This document shows, piece by piece, positions 46,656 through 55,455 of a stretch of 64,000 nucleotides of DNA. Below the pieces are notes generated by a model that saw only the letters and a list, made by a program, of their open reading frames with translations, was not told where the DNA came from and ran no database searches. The position numbers and the translations under genes were made by a program. Positions within the stretch are counted from its first letter, which is position 1; each line of letters begins with the position of its first letter. This DNA is from an uncultured Candidatus Saccharibacteria bacterium. Lineage in GTDB: Bacteria > Patescibacteriota > WWE3 > 2-01-FULL-39-13. The stretch is taken from contig OZ246395.1 in assembly GCA_965230915.1 (NCBI GenBank), positions 339,535 through 403,534 of the forward strand, given 5' to 3'.

Positions 46656-47858
46656 TTACTTATACCTTAAGGCTTCTAGCGCATTCAGCTTACCCGCCTT
46701 TTGGGCCGGCAAGATTCCTGATAAAAACCCTACTCCTCCAGAAAATAAAATAACGAAGAAGATAAACCACAACGGTGTGTAAAAAATACTGATTGGTTTT
46801 CCCCCAAGTGCACTGGCTAAAATATTTAGTCCAACGGTAAAGATAAAACCTCCAATATAGCCAAGAATAATTCCTACAAATCCCCCCAAGAAACCAATGA
46901 CGGTTGATTCGATTAAGAAAATTTTCTTAATATCCCATGAAGATGCACCAATTGCGCGCATAATTCCGATCTCATTTATTCTTTCTAGCAACGATATAGT
47001 CATTGTATTAACAAGACCGATTGCTGCGACAAAAAGTGAGAAAATACCAAAAACTCCTAAAATTGACTGGATTACCCAGAAAATTTGATTAGCTTGCTCA
47101 ACAACATCTGATAATGCCGATACAAGATATCCTTTTGCAATTACTTCTTCCCGAACACTCTCTATTTGATTTTGAGCGGCTGCTTGGATTTTTATAAACT
47201 GGTAATCATTAAATTGAAGATTTGCGGCGTCAGAATAACGCATAAATACTTGGTTTGTGCTCTCTAATGAGTCGATTATGCCAATTATTTCAAATTCTTG
47301 ATCTAGGTTTATAACATCAACTGCATTAGCCCCTGTTTCATCAACTTTTGGCATATATAAACTTAGTTTAAGCTTTTTACCGATAATTTCACCGACCGGA
47401 ATTCCAAATAAATCGGCTACTGTTGGGCTTACAACTAAGGCATTCTTCTTCTCATCTTTGAAATTTTCGCCCGTTGTAACTTCAAGTCCTGCAAGTCTAA
47501 AAAAATTGCTATCAACAACATTAACACTGGTTTCAGAAACCAGGTCGTTCATCGTAATTTGGCCCGGAACAACTGCTTGTGGGCTTACAGCCTTAATATT
47601 TTCAATTTCACTTAAGCTTTTCACAGCATTATTATCAAGTTTGATAGTTTCTGTATCTGGTGGATAAACATCGAGTGTCAAAATTGAATCAGCTGTAGTA
47701 ATTCTTTCCAGGATTGTTTTTTGTAATCCATATCCTAATGAAACCAAGAAAATAATAACTCCAATTGCGACTGCGACACCTAAGACTGTCAAAATAACGC
47801 GTGACTTACGGTTTTTAAAGCTTTGGAATGAAAAGCTCAGAAGGTCATCGATTCGCAT
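46656..47858 (-). CDS. ABC transporter permease, MacB/FtsX family
   Basis: TM1 (VILTVLGVAVAIGVIIFLVSLG), ~230-aa periplasmic domain, three C-terminal TMs. The track ORF (to 47906) starts at TTG and overlaps the ATPase by 62 nt; the internal ATG (MRIDDLL, 47858) gives a 14-nt overlap. Confidence 0.8.
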   Translation of the reverse strand: MRIDDLLSFSFQSFKNRKSRVILTVLGVAVAIGVIIFLVSLGYGLQKTILERITTADSILTLDVYPPDTETIKLDNNAVKSLSEIENIKAVSPQAVVPGQITMNDLVSETSVNVVDSNFFRLAGLEVTTGENFKDEKKNALVVSPTVADLFGIPVGEIIGKKLKLSLYMPKVDETGANAVDVINLDQEFEIIGIIDSLESTNQVFMRYSDAANLQFNDYQFIKIQAAAQNQIESVREEVIAKGYLVSALSDVVEQANQIFWVIQSILGVFGIFSLFVAAIGLVNTMTISLLERINEIGIMRAIGASSWDIKKIFLIESTVIGFLGGFVGIILGYIGGFIFTVGLNILASALGGKPISIFYTPLWFIFFVILFSGGVGFLSGILPAQKAGKLNALEALRYK

Positions 47859-49203
47859 TTCGATCCTCCAATAATTTCGCGATAATAACTTCGGTTTTTT
47901 CTGCAAAATGAGCTGCGGTTCTTGAGTTTAACCCTACTCCGCCATCTTTAAGTGATAAATCTAAAACCTGTCTGAATTGTTCGCCAGTAATTTTTTCTTC
48001 GATTCTATAACCGATCACCTCATGTAATTTTTTCTTTTGGGTTGAGGTTAATTTGACTGTAGATTTTTCAAGTACAAAGTCGGCAACTTCTTTTGATTTA
48101 GCTAAAATAGTTATTGTTTTCTCTCCTGATGCAGATGTGACCGATTCTATAACTTTGACTTCTTTTGTGATTTCCATAACAGACTTTATTAGCTTTGTAG
48201 TCGTCGGATGATATAAACTCAGCCCTTTCAGATTGCCCTTTGATGAATCATCTAGCAATTTATACATTTTGTGCTCATCAATTTCTTTGTTTATAAATTT
48301 GCTGATAATAATTTCGGTGTTATCAATAACTTCAATATCATATGGAACAAGCGATTCATGAACTAATAATTTTGCCATTAATCTATTTTCATCGAGCCCA
48401 GGATACATTTTTGCAAGCTTTTTAAGAATTGTGTCACGATCTTCAGGTTTCTTTTGCAACTCATCTTCAGGTTTTTCTTTAAATGTATCGTAACCTTTAT
48501 GTTCCTTTGATTGATCGGCAACTTTTACAATTTTTCCATCTTGAATATAGAAAACGCGATCTGCTTTTGGTAAATACGATGGATCATGTGTAACTAAAAT
48601 CACAGTTTTCTTATCTTTGTGTTTTAGGTCGGCAATTAAGTCTAAAACGATTGCTGCGTTTTTTGAGTCAAGGTTTCCGACTGGCTCATCAGCTAAAACT
48701 AACGATGGGTCATTGACCAATGATCGTGCGATAGCAACTCTTTGTTGTTGTCCTCCGGATAAGTGTGATGGCGTTCTTGATTGAAATTCTGTAATCCCAA
48801 ATCGTGCTAGTAACTTTGCAGCTACTTCTTCCCGCTTGGCCGGCTCGGCGCCGGCAAAAACCATTGGTAATAGAACGTTATCTTTTGCGGTTAAACTTGG
48901 AATCAAATAAAAGGCTTGAAAAATCATTCCCACCGATGATCGGTGAAATTGAATCATATCTTTTTGTGATAAATGTGTGATGTCGTTTTGTCCGTTTACA
49001 GAAACTTTTCCTTTTGATGGAACTTCTAGTCCTGCAATCAAATAAAGCAGCGTGGACTTGCCCGAGCCCGATGGGCCGAAGAATATTACAAATTCTTCTG
49101 AGAATATTTCTAAGTTGATATCTTGAAGTGCTTTAAACTCTGTGGGTTTCCCTTCATTATAGGTTAATGAAACGTTCTCAATTTTTACGACAGGATTGGG
49201 CAT
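47845..49203 (-). CDS. ABC transporter ATP-binding protein with ~220-aa C-terminal extension of unknown function
   Basis: Walker A GPSGSGKST, LSGGQQQRVAIARSL, Walker B VLADEPVGNLD, H-loop VTHD in the first ~230 aa; residues ~231-452 form an extra Lys/Glu-rich domain with no recognised motif. Confidence 0.85.
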   Translation of the reverse strand: MPNPVVKIENVSLTYNEGKPTEFKALQDINLEIFSEEFVIFFGPSGSGKSTLLYLIAGLEVPSKGKVSVNGQNDITHLSQKDMIQFHRSSVGMIFQAFYLIPSLTAKDNVLLPMVFAGAEPAKREEVAAKLLARFGITEFQSRTPSHLSGGQQQRVAIARSLVNDPSLVLADEPVGNLDSKNAAIVLDLIADLKHKDKKTVILVTHDPSYLPKADRVFYIQDGKIVKVADQSKEHKGYDTFKEKPEDELQKKPEDRDTILKKLAKMYPGLDENRLMAKLLVHESLVPYDIEVIDNTEIIISKFINKEIDEHKMYKLLDDSSKGNLKGLSLYHPTTTKLIKSVMEITKEVKVIESVTSASGEKTITILAKSKEVADFVLEKSTVKLTSTQKKKLHEVIGYRIEEKITGEQFRQVLDLSLKDGGVGLNSRTAAHFAEKTEVIIAKLLEDRNANR

Positions 49204-49305
49204 AAAATTTTGCGGCTAAAAATTCAATTTTTATCAGCAGTAACTGACTTTTTCAATTGTAACACCATGAATATATATGGAAAGGATTTGTATATTTTTA
49301 TGGGA

Positions 49306-49360
49306 TAAAAAATTCGGACCGAGAACTTGGGTTTTGGGTATATACCCAAGTTCTCGGTCA
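49306..49360 (-). terminator. Strong rho-independent terminator (16-bp perfect stem) on the minus strand
   Basis: Minus-strand reading: GACCGAGAACTTGGGT-atatacccaaa-ACCCAAGTTCTCGGTC followed by CGAATTTTTTAT. It is ~105 nt upstream of the ABC ATPase start codon. Confidence 0.65.
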
Positions 49361-49868
49361 TTCAAACAGAAGGAGGAGGATGGAGGACCTACATTGTAAT
49401 GCAGTTAGGCAAGGCGTAATCGACAACAGTTGATCCAACTAGTTAGTAGAGGGGTTTCTCAAAATGTACGTCTACATTCCGAGTAGCTATTCCCAAGAGG
49501 ATGCACTTTCCGGGCCACGTGTTTTCGTGGTAGACCAATGCGCCATTTCCCTAGCAGTTAAAACTATGTCTCATAGTGAGTTTATCCTTTCTTATGTTTG
49601 TAGCCCTGTGGCCGTGTGCAAAATTCCGTAAAACAAGCCGAAACGCAATGTTTCGCTTAAACTCAAATATTATTCTTAATTCCATAAAAGACAATAAACT
49701 TTCGGGATAAATTGGGGTAAGTCCTGCAGAAAAATGACCAATGGCAATCTGGATCTCACGCTAATGAGAAAAACACCAGATTACCATCGGTCGGTGCGAC
49801 AGAACACAAGTACAGGCCGTACGGAGTCGCCATGTAATCATAAAAATATTTCTAGTGAAAATCAAGAT
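49361..49868 (-). ncRNA. Candidate structured ncRNA or long structured 3' UTR (GC-rich, no ORF of 60 aa or more on this strand)
   Basis: ~500-nt region of ~45-48% GC in a ~34% GC genome, between the metallophosphoesterase stop (49869) and the strong terminator at 49360-49306 on the same strand; multiple local hairpins (e.g. GUACGGCCUGUAC, CGAAAC-gcaau-GUUUCG). Family not identified. Confidence 0.25.
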
Positions 49869-50537
49869 TTAGTATCTTTCGCTTATAAAGTCGAATTCAC
49901 CTTGGTCATTAATGAGCATGTAATTTGCCCATCCATAGTTGAAAAAGCCAATATCAATAAAGTTCAAATTGGGCTGATATAAAGGTCGGTGCGAATGCCC
50001 GCATACAAGCAAATAATCCAATGGAGCAATTCGCTTTCTCTCCTCTAAAGACATTTTATTAAATTTTTCGGGAAAAACCGTCGGCCCGAATAATTGAAAA
50101 AGCACTCCCTGTATAAATCCAGCTACTAAAATATCTAGTTTAGTTAAAAACTTTAATGCACGTTTTGCAGTTTCATGTGGATCTTTTAATTTCGGAAACA
50201 GGAAATCTTGACCGTGTGTGAAATAGTATTTTAGTGTTTTAGTCTCAAGCTTATAGTCCGCTACAGCCTGGTTACAAAATTCATAAATTCTTTCATCTGA
50301 AACAGCAGGGTCATCATGGTTCCCAAAGACATAAATAGTTTCTTTGGATTTTAAAAGCGGGAAGAGAATTTTCCATTCGCTATTTAAAAAGTCGCTGAAA
50401 GGCACTGATAATCCTTCCCAAAAATCGCCGTTTATAATTATTCTATCGGCTTTTTCAATTAAACTTTTTAGCTTGATATAGCGCTTTTTTTCGAATCTTT
50501 TCGTGAAATGAGTGTCAGAAAATACTAGGGTTGTCAT
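49869..50537 (-). CDS. Metallophosphoesterase (calcineurin-like phosphoesterase) family protein
   Basis: VFSDTHF (motif I), INGDFWEG, VFGNHDD (GNH[DE]), and GHSHRP: the ordered metal-ligand motifs of the MPP superfamily. Confidence 0.75.
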   Translation of the reverse strand: MTTLVFSDTHFTKRFEKKRYIKLKSLIEKADRIIINGDFWEGLSVPFSDFLNSEWKILFPLLKSKETIYVFGNHDDPAVSDERIYEFCNQAVADYKLETKTLKYYFTHGQDFLFPKLKDPHETAKRALKFLTKLDILVAGFIQGVLFQLFGPTVFPEKFNKMSLEERKRIAPLDYLLVCGHSHRPLYQPNLNFIDIGFFNYGWANYMLINDQGEFDFISERY

Positions 50538-51025
50538 TTGTTTATGCTCAATATTCTAACACTATGAGGTTTTTATTCAAACTTTGCAAAATTGGGTTAT
50601 ACTATTATTTAATGCGCCACTTTGTTGAACACAAACAAAAGACATACTCCCCAGTTCGAAACTTTGATACACACTCTAAATTTCTTGTGGGAATTATCAC
50701 ACTTACGCATCCTATAATCACACTTGCATGCCTAAAGATTGCAAGTATTTTAGCTCAAACATCTGCCGAAACTTTTAGACACATTTCGGATGCGTATATT
50801 GATCCAAACTCGCCTGAAAAGGCACAGTTTCTAAGGCTTGCTGAATCAAAATCATTATTTTTGAACTACATAACAGTTCTATTTTTAATAGTTGCTGTTC
50901 ATGCTGGAATTTTTCAGATTTTTAGAATTAAAAATTTTTGGGCAAATTTTATAATTTCTATAATTTTGCTTTTTATTGGCTTAATGATTTTTGCTCCAGA
51001 TTTTCTAATTCTTCAACAATTCTAA
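50531..51025 (+). CDS. Hypothetical membrane protein
   Basis: 164 aa with three or four hydrophobic segments; no motif. Confidence 0.4.
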   Translation: MSFVYAQYSNTMRFLFKLCKIGLYYYLMRHFVEHKQKTYSPVRNFDTHSKFLVGIITLTHPIITLACLKIASILAQTSAETFRHISDAYIDPNSPEKAQFLRLAESKSLFLNYITVLFLIVAVHAGIFQIFRIKNFWANFIISIILLFIGLMIFAPDFLILQQF

Positions 51026-51057
51026 CTATAAATTAAAGGTTCATTTCAGTTTGGGTT

Positions 51058-51534
51058 ATGTATAATAATTCTATGAATTCAAGTACTCAAAAAAATAATT
51101 TTATGCTTATTGCTATATTGGCATTTGTTGTAGTTAGTATATTTGTTTATAAGAGTCTTGCTAAAAATCTTGACACATCTAGTACAAATATAAAGCAGGA
51201 ATCTCCATTTGAAAAATCTGAACAAATTGTTTCAACAGAGTACAAAGATGGAACATATACATCAACCGGAACTTATGTTTCTCCAGGAGGCCCTGAAACA
51301 GTCGAGGTCACATTGATAATCAAAAATGATATTGTAGAAAGCGCAGATTTTGTAGGAAAAGCCGATCTACCAACCTCAAAATTCTTCCAAGACAAATTTG
51401 CTGAAGGTTATAAGGAGCTTGTTATTGGGAAAAAGATAAATGAAATTACGGTTGATAAAGTTGCCGGGTCATCTCTTACTCCACTTGGGTTTAACGAAGC
51501 ACTTGAAAATATAAAATCACAGGCAAAGGCATAA
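51058..51534 (+). CDS. FMN-binding-domain protein with N-terminal TM anchor (extracytoplasmic flavoprotein, NqrC/RnfG-like)
   Basis: TM helix, then YKDGTYTSTGTYVSPGGPETVEVTLIIKNDIVESADF resembling the FMN_bind domain, including a Thr/Ser context for ApbE-mediated flavinylation. Confidence 0.6.
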   Translation: MYNNSMNSSTQKNNFMLIAILAFVVVSIFVYKSLAKNLDTSSTNIKQESPFEKSEQIVSTEYKDGTYTSTGTYVSPGGPETVEVTLIIKNDIVESADFVGKADLPTSKFFQDKFAEGYKELVIGKKINEITVDKVAGSSLTPLGFNEALENIKSQAKA

Positions 51535-51535
51535 T

Positions 51536-52390
51536 ATGAAGCTGGAATTTCAAGCAACTGGAACAAGTTGGGTTATCGAATTTAATTCAGACGACTTGCA
51601 AGTTGCTGAAAAAATCCGCATACGTATTTCTGATTTTGAAAAAACTTATTCGAGGTTTTTAGACACATCTTTTATTTCAAAAATTTCTAATATAACAGGG
51701 GAATTTGAATTGCCTAACGATGCAAAACCAATGTTTGATTTATATTTTGACTTATATAAACAAACAAACGGACTTTTTACTCCGTTAATTGGACAGAATT
51801 TAAACGAAGCTGGATACGATAAAAACTATTCGTTGCAAGTAAAACAATTAAAAACAATTCCAGATTTAATTGAAGTAGTTGAATACAACTTTCCTAAAAT
51901 AAAAATTAAAAGGCCGGTTCAATTTGATATGGGAGGTATTGGCAAAGGTTATTTAATCGATATTATTGGAGATCTTTTAAAAGTAGAAAATATTTTTGAT
52001 TTCACGATTGATGCCGGAGGTGATATCTTGCATAGCTCTCTTGAAAATAAAAAAATAGATATTGCTCTAGAACATCCGCAAGATAAAACTAGTGCGATTG
52101 GTAAAATTTCAATTTTAAATCAAAGTATATGCGCTTCATCTTCAAACCGCCGCAACTGGGGCAAATATCACCATATAATTGATCCTAAAATGCTCGAATC
52201 ACCAACAGAAGTTATGGCTACATGGGTTATTGCAGATAATGCTATTATTGCTGATTCTTTAGCCACTTGCCTATTTTTAATCTCTGCGGATATTCTCAAA
52301 GCGTACTATAATTATGAATATCTGGTATTAAATTCCGATTTTTCAATTTCGAAATCTGAAAATTTTAATGCTGAAATTTATTATGCTTAA
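51536..52390 (+). CDS. apbE: FAD:protein FMN transferase (ApbE family)
   Basis: FDMGGIGKGYLID, DAGGDIL and C-terminal flavin-binding segments typical of ApbE/Ftp; adjacent to its likely FMN-binding substrate. Confidence 0.8.
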   Translation: MKLEFQATGTSWVIEFNSDDLQVAEKIRIRISDFEKTYSRFLDTSFISKISNITGEFELPNDAKPMFDLYFDLYKQTNGLFTPLIGQNLNEAGYDKNYSLQVKQLKTIPDLIEVVEYNFPKIKIKRPVQFDMGGIGKGYLIDIIGDLLKVENIFDFTIDAGGDILHSSLENKKIDIALEHPQDKTSAIGKISILNQSICASSSNRRNWGKYHHIIDPKMLESPTEVMATWVIADNAIIADSLATCLFLISADILKAYYNYEYLVLNSDFSISKSENFNAEIYYA

Positions 52391-53864
52391 TTTCATTAAC
52401 GAGTTTTTAAACAAAACCACAATGTACAAAGTTCTTTTGTACGGACTTTTCGCACTTGCTGTTTATGGGATTATTTTATCCGGAATAAACATATTATCTT
52501 TTAATGTTTGGTTTATGGTTTTGACTCTGATTGTTTTTGTTTTCGCGAGTTATATATTTAATCTTATTATTGGAAAACTTTTGAATGTCCCTCTTAACAG
52601 CGAATCTTCTGTAATTACAGCATTAATTTTATTTCTAATTATTCAACCCGCCTCTAACTGGTTTGAACTTCTCGCAATTATTTTAGTAAGTCTTTTTGCA
52701 ATGTCATCGAAGTTTCTGTTTGCCTTTAATCGCATTCATATATTTAACCCAGCGGCTTTTGCAGCTGTAATAAGCGCAATCTTAATAAATTATTATGCGA
52801 CATGGTGGGTCGGAAGCATTTCGATGTTGCCGCTTGTGTTAATTATTGGATTTTTGATTGTTAAAAAAGTTCGTAGATTTGAAATGGTAGGTTTATTTTT
52901 ACTAATTGCAACAATCTCTGCATGTATTTTTAATTACAGTCAAAATTATAATTTAATTCAATTTATTTATCAGATATTTACTTCTTGGCCAATTATATTT
53001 TTTGCATCCGTAATGTTAACCGAACCTTTAACAATGCCAGGTACAAAAAATTTGCAATTAACATACGCCGCTATAATTGGCTTTTTATTCGGATGGGGAT
53101 TCCATATTGGCCCCTTTTACTTAACACCAGAAATGGCTCTATTACTGGCAAATTTAGGCTTCTTTTTAGTAAGACCGCGTGGGAAATTTTTATTAACACT
53201 AAAAGAAAAAATAAGTTTAGCTCCTGATATTTTTGAATTTATATTTACTTCAGATAAAAAAATAAATTTCCATCCCGGGCAATATGTAGAATGGACATTA
53301 GATCATGAAAAGCCCGACTTACGTGGAAACCGCAGGTTTTTTACAATTGCATCATCTCCTACCGAAAGCGATGTCAAAATTGGAATTCGAGTGAATCATG
53401 ATCATGGAAGCAGTTTTAAAGATTCATTGCAGCATTTAGAGCCTGGTCAGAATATTTATGCCGCACAAGTTGCAGGAGATTTTACATTAGATACATCTAA
53501 GCCAGCTGTTTTAATTGCTGGAGGAATCGGTATTACCCCATTTAGAAGTAATATTAAATATTTCATTGATAAAAATATTAAGCAAGATATCACATTATTT
53601 TTCTTTGCAAAGCAGGAAGCTGATTTCGTTTTTAAAGATGTTTTTGATGAAGCATCACAAAAACTTAATATGAAATCTCATTATATTGTTAGCGATAGTA
53701 AAACAGATTTAGAAAAGTTAATTAAGGAAAATGTTCCCAATTATAAAGATGCAAAATATTATTTATCTGGTCCAAATGCCATGGTAGATAATTACAAAGC
53801 AGCAATAAACGAAATGGGAATTAGATTTTCGCATATTGTTACAGATTACTTTCCTGGATTTTAA
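52368..53864 (+). CDS. Polytopic membrane protein fused to C-terminal ferredoxin-NADP-reductase-like FAD/NAD(P)-binding domain
   Basis: ~280-aa N-terminal region with ~8 TM helices; C-terminus with FAD-binding RxFT(I)AS (GNRRFFTIASSP), HPGQYVEW and NAD-binding GGIGITPF motifs. Confidence 0.7.
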   Translation: MLKFIMLNFINEFLNKTTMYKVLLYGLFALAVYGIILSGINILSFNVWFMVLTLIVFVFASYIFNLIIGKLLNVPLNSESSVITALILFLIIQPASNWFELLAIILVSLFAMSSKFLFAFNRIHIFNPAAFAAVISAILINYYATWWVGSISMLPLVLIIGFLIVKKVRRFEMVGLFLLIATISACIFNYSQNYNLIQFIYQIFTSWPIIFFASVMLTEPLTMPGTKNLQLTYAAIIGFLFGWGFHIGPFYLTPEMALLLANLGFFLVRPRGKFLLTLKEKISLAPDIFEFIFTSDKKINFHPGQYVEWTLDHEKPDLRGNRRFFTIASSPTESDVKIGIRVNHDHGSSFKDSLQHLEPGQNIYAAQVAGDFTLDTSKPAVLIAGGIGITPFRSNIKYFIDKNIKQDITLFFFAKQEADFVFKDVFDEASQKLNMKSHYIVSDSKTDLEKLIKENVPNYKDAKYYLSGPNAMVDNYKAAINEMGIRFSHIVTDYFPGF

Positions 53865-54109
53865 TGGACCATTTTGTATACCTTTTAGAGTGTGCAGACA
53901 GGACTTTTTATTGTGGTTATACAACAAGTATAGAACGCAGAATAAAAGTGCATAATACCTCAAAATACGGCGCCAAATACACACATTCCCGTAGACCAGT
54001 TACCCTAAAGTATTACGAGAAATTCGACTCCAAAAGCGATGCTTTAAAACGTGAGTATCAGATAAAAAAACTTACGAGAGAAGAAAAAGAAAAATTGATA
54101 AATGTTTAG
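53864..54109 (+). CDS. GIY-YIG nuclease-family small protein (UPF0213-like)
   Basis: FVYLLECADRTFYCGYTTSIERRIKVHN: the GIY...YIG core with conserved Arg and a Glu further on; 81 aa. Confidence 0.7.
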   Translation: MDHFVYLLECADRTFYCGYTTSIERRIKVHNTSKYGAKYTHSRRPVTLKYYEKFDSKSDALKREYQIKKLTREEKEKLINV

Positions 54110-54160
54110 CCGAGGCTTTGAAAAATTCAAAGCTCGACCAAACATTAAATCAAAAAAAGC

Positions 54161-54751
54161 TTATTGAACTACTAGAGTTCCGTATTGTCCGTTTTGTCTA
54201 TGTTGACCAACTGAACAATAAAATTCAAACGATCCAGTCTGATCGGCTACGAATTCAACAGTATTTGTTTCGCCAGATTTTGTAATTGGCATACGAACAT
54301 TAAGTTCATCAATAACAAAATCATGTTGCATATCTACAGAATTCATTACGATTCTTACAGTATCACCTTTCTTTACAGTTATTAAATTAGGTTTGAAGTA
54401 AGGAAAGCCTGCTTCTACATTGAAAACTTTAACATCTGTAGCTGTAGAACTTGTATCCATTGTGTCTACTACAGCAGAATTATCGAGTGTAAGTTTTAGG
54501 TCTTGATTTTCCATCATTTTTGAGTCATCAGCCATCATTGTAGAGTCTGTTCCTTCTTGAGTTGGTTCATCGGCTGGTTCTGTTGATTCGGTCGCCATAG
54601 TTTCTGTTGGTTGTTCTGGAGTATTATCACTATTATTTGATGAGAATATTACATAGCCCAGAATTCCAGCTAGCACTAGTGCACCGATAACAAACATTGC
54701 TGTATTGCCTCCTCCTGTTGTTGAAGTTGGTGGAGTTGTATTATCTTCCAT
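54161..54751 (-). CDS. Membrane-anchored cupredoxin-like domain protein
   Basis: N-terminal TM, Thr/Glu-rich linker, C-terminal beta domain ending FEFYCSVGQHRQNGQYGTLVVQ (Cys-x4-His ... Gln where the axial Met usually sits) with an upstream His (MQHDFVIDE). Confidence 0.45.
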   Translation of the reverse strand: MEDNTTPPTSTTGGGNTAMFVIGALVLAGILGYVIFSSNNSDNTPEQPTETMATESTEPADEPTQEGTDSTMMADDSKMMENQDLKLTLDNSAVVDTMDTSSTATDVKVFNVEAGFPYFKPNLITVKKGDTVRIVMNSVDMQHDFVIDELNVRMPITKSGETNTVEFVADQTGSFEFYCSVGQHRQNGQYGTLVVQ

Positions 54752-54942
54752 TAAAAAGTCACCTCCCTGTAATTAATTGATCTCACGTCGCAATTTGCAA
54801 CTTAAGTATCTATTTTTAACATACCATAAATTCCCTATTTGGCTACATATTTACTGTCTGAAATTTAGCTTTGATGATTTTTATTTTAAATACAACTTAC
54901 AAGACTCTTTTTTCGAAGCAAAACGCGAGGAGCGGAGCGATT

Positions 54943-55347
54943 CTATTTCTTTCCGGTATATACGATTTCGAAAAGAATTTTATCCGGGGATTCAAACATT
55001 ACCTGGTAATAAGTTTCTTCAGGTGTTGGTACGAAATCAGGTCTATGTTTTGGGGTATCAAATAATGTTTTTATGTTGTTCTTTACAAGCCAATCGACAC
55101 ATTCATCTACTTCTGAAACGCTACCTACTCCAAGCGAAAGATGGTTCATTCCTTTTTTATCGTAATCAGATTCTTCGTTCTTTTGAGCTGGCATAAACCA
55201 TACACTACCTTTTTCGTTACTGTGGAAACCTGCAAAACTCTCAGTTTCCATTACAGGAGTCCATTTTAAAAAGTCCATCAAGTCTTTATAGAACTTCAAA
55301 TTCTTAGAATCTATATTTATTTGTACATGGTGAAGAAATGATGTCAT
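54943..55347 (-). CDS. VOC/glyoxalase-bleomycin-resistance family protein
   Basis: HHVQINIDSKNLKFYKDL...HLSLGVGS pattern of the paired beta-alpha-beta-beta-beta modules; 134 aa. Confidence 0.55.
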   Translation of the reverse strand: MTSFLHHVQINIDSKNLKFYKDLMDFLKWTPVMETESFAGFHSNEKGSVWFMPAQKNEESDYDKKGMNHLSLGVGSVSEVDECVDWLVKNNIKTLFDTPKHRPDFVPTPEETYYQVMFESPDKILFEIVYTGKK

Positions 55348-55455
55348 ACACCAGTTATATCATTTATGTAGGTATGTGCAATAAAGAGAAAGGAGCCTTT
55401 CTATTTTAAAGAAAGGCTCCTTTTCCCTACCCTGCGAATCCAATTTGAGAATGTG

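Noticed and set aside
49361-49868. tmRNA or RNase P assignment for the first ORF-free region
   Set aside because: No acceptor/T-arm-like 3' end (GGUUCGAxUCC...CCA), no tag-peptide reading frame ending in a hydrophobic-Ala-Ala stop, and no RNase P P4 pairing could be found on either strand.
49734-49982. 82-aa + strand ORF
   Set aside because: It begins in the ORF-free GC-rich region and runs antisense into the metallophosphoesterase gene; it has no SD and a composition unlike local proteins.
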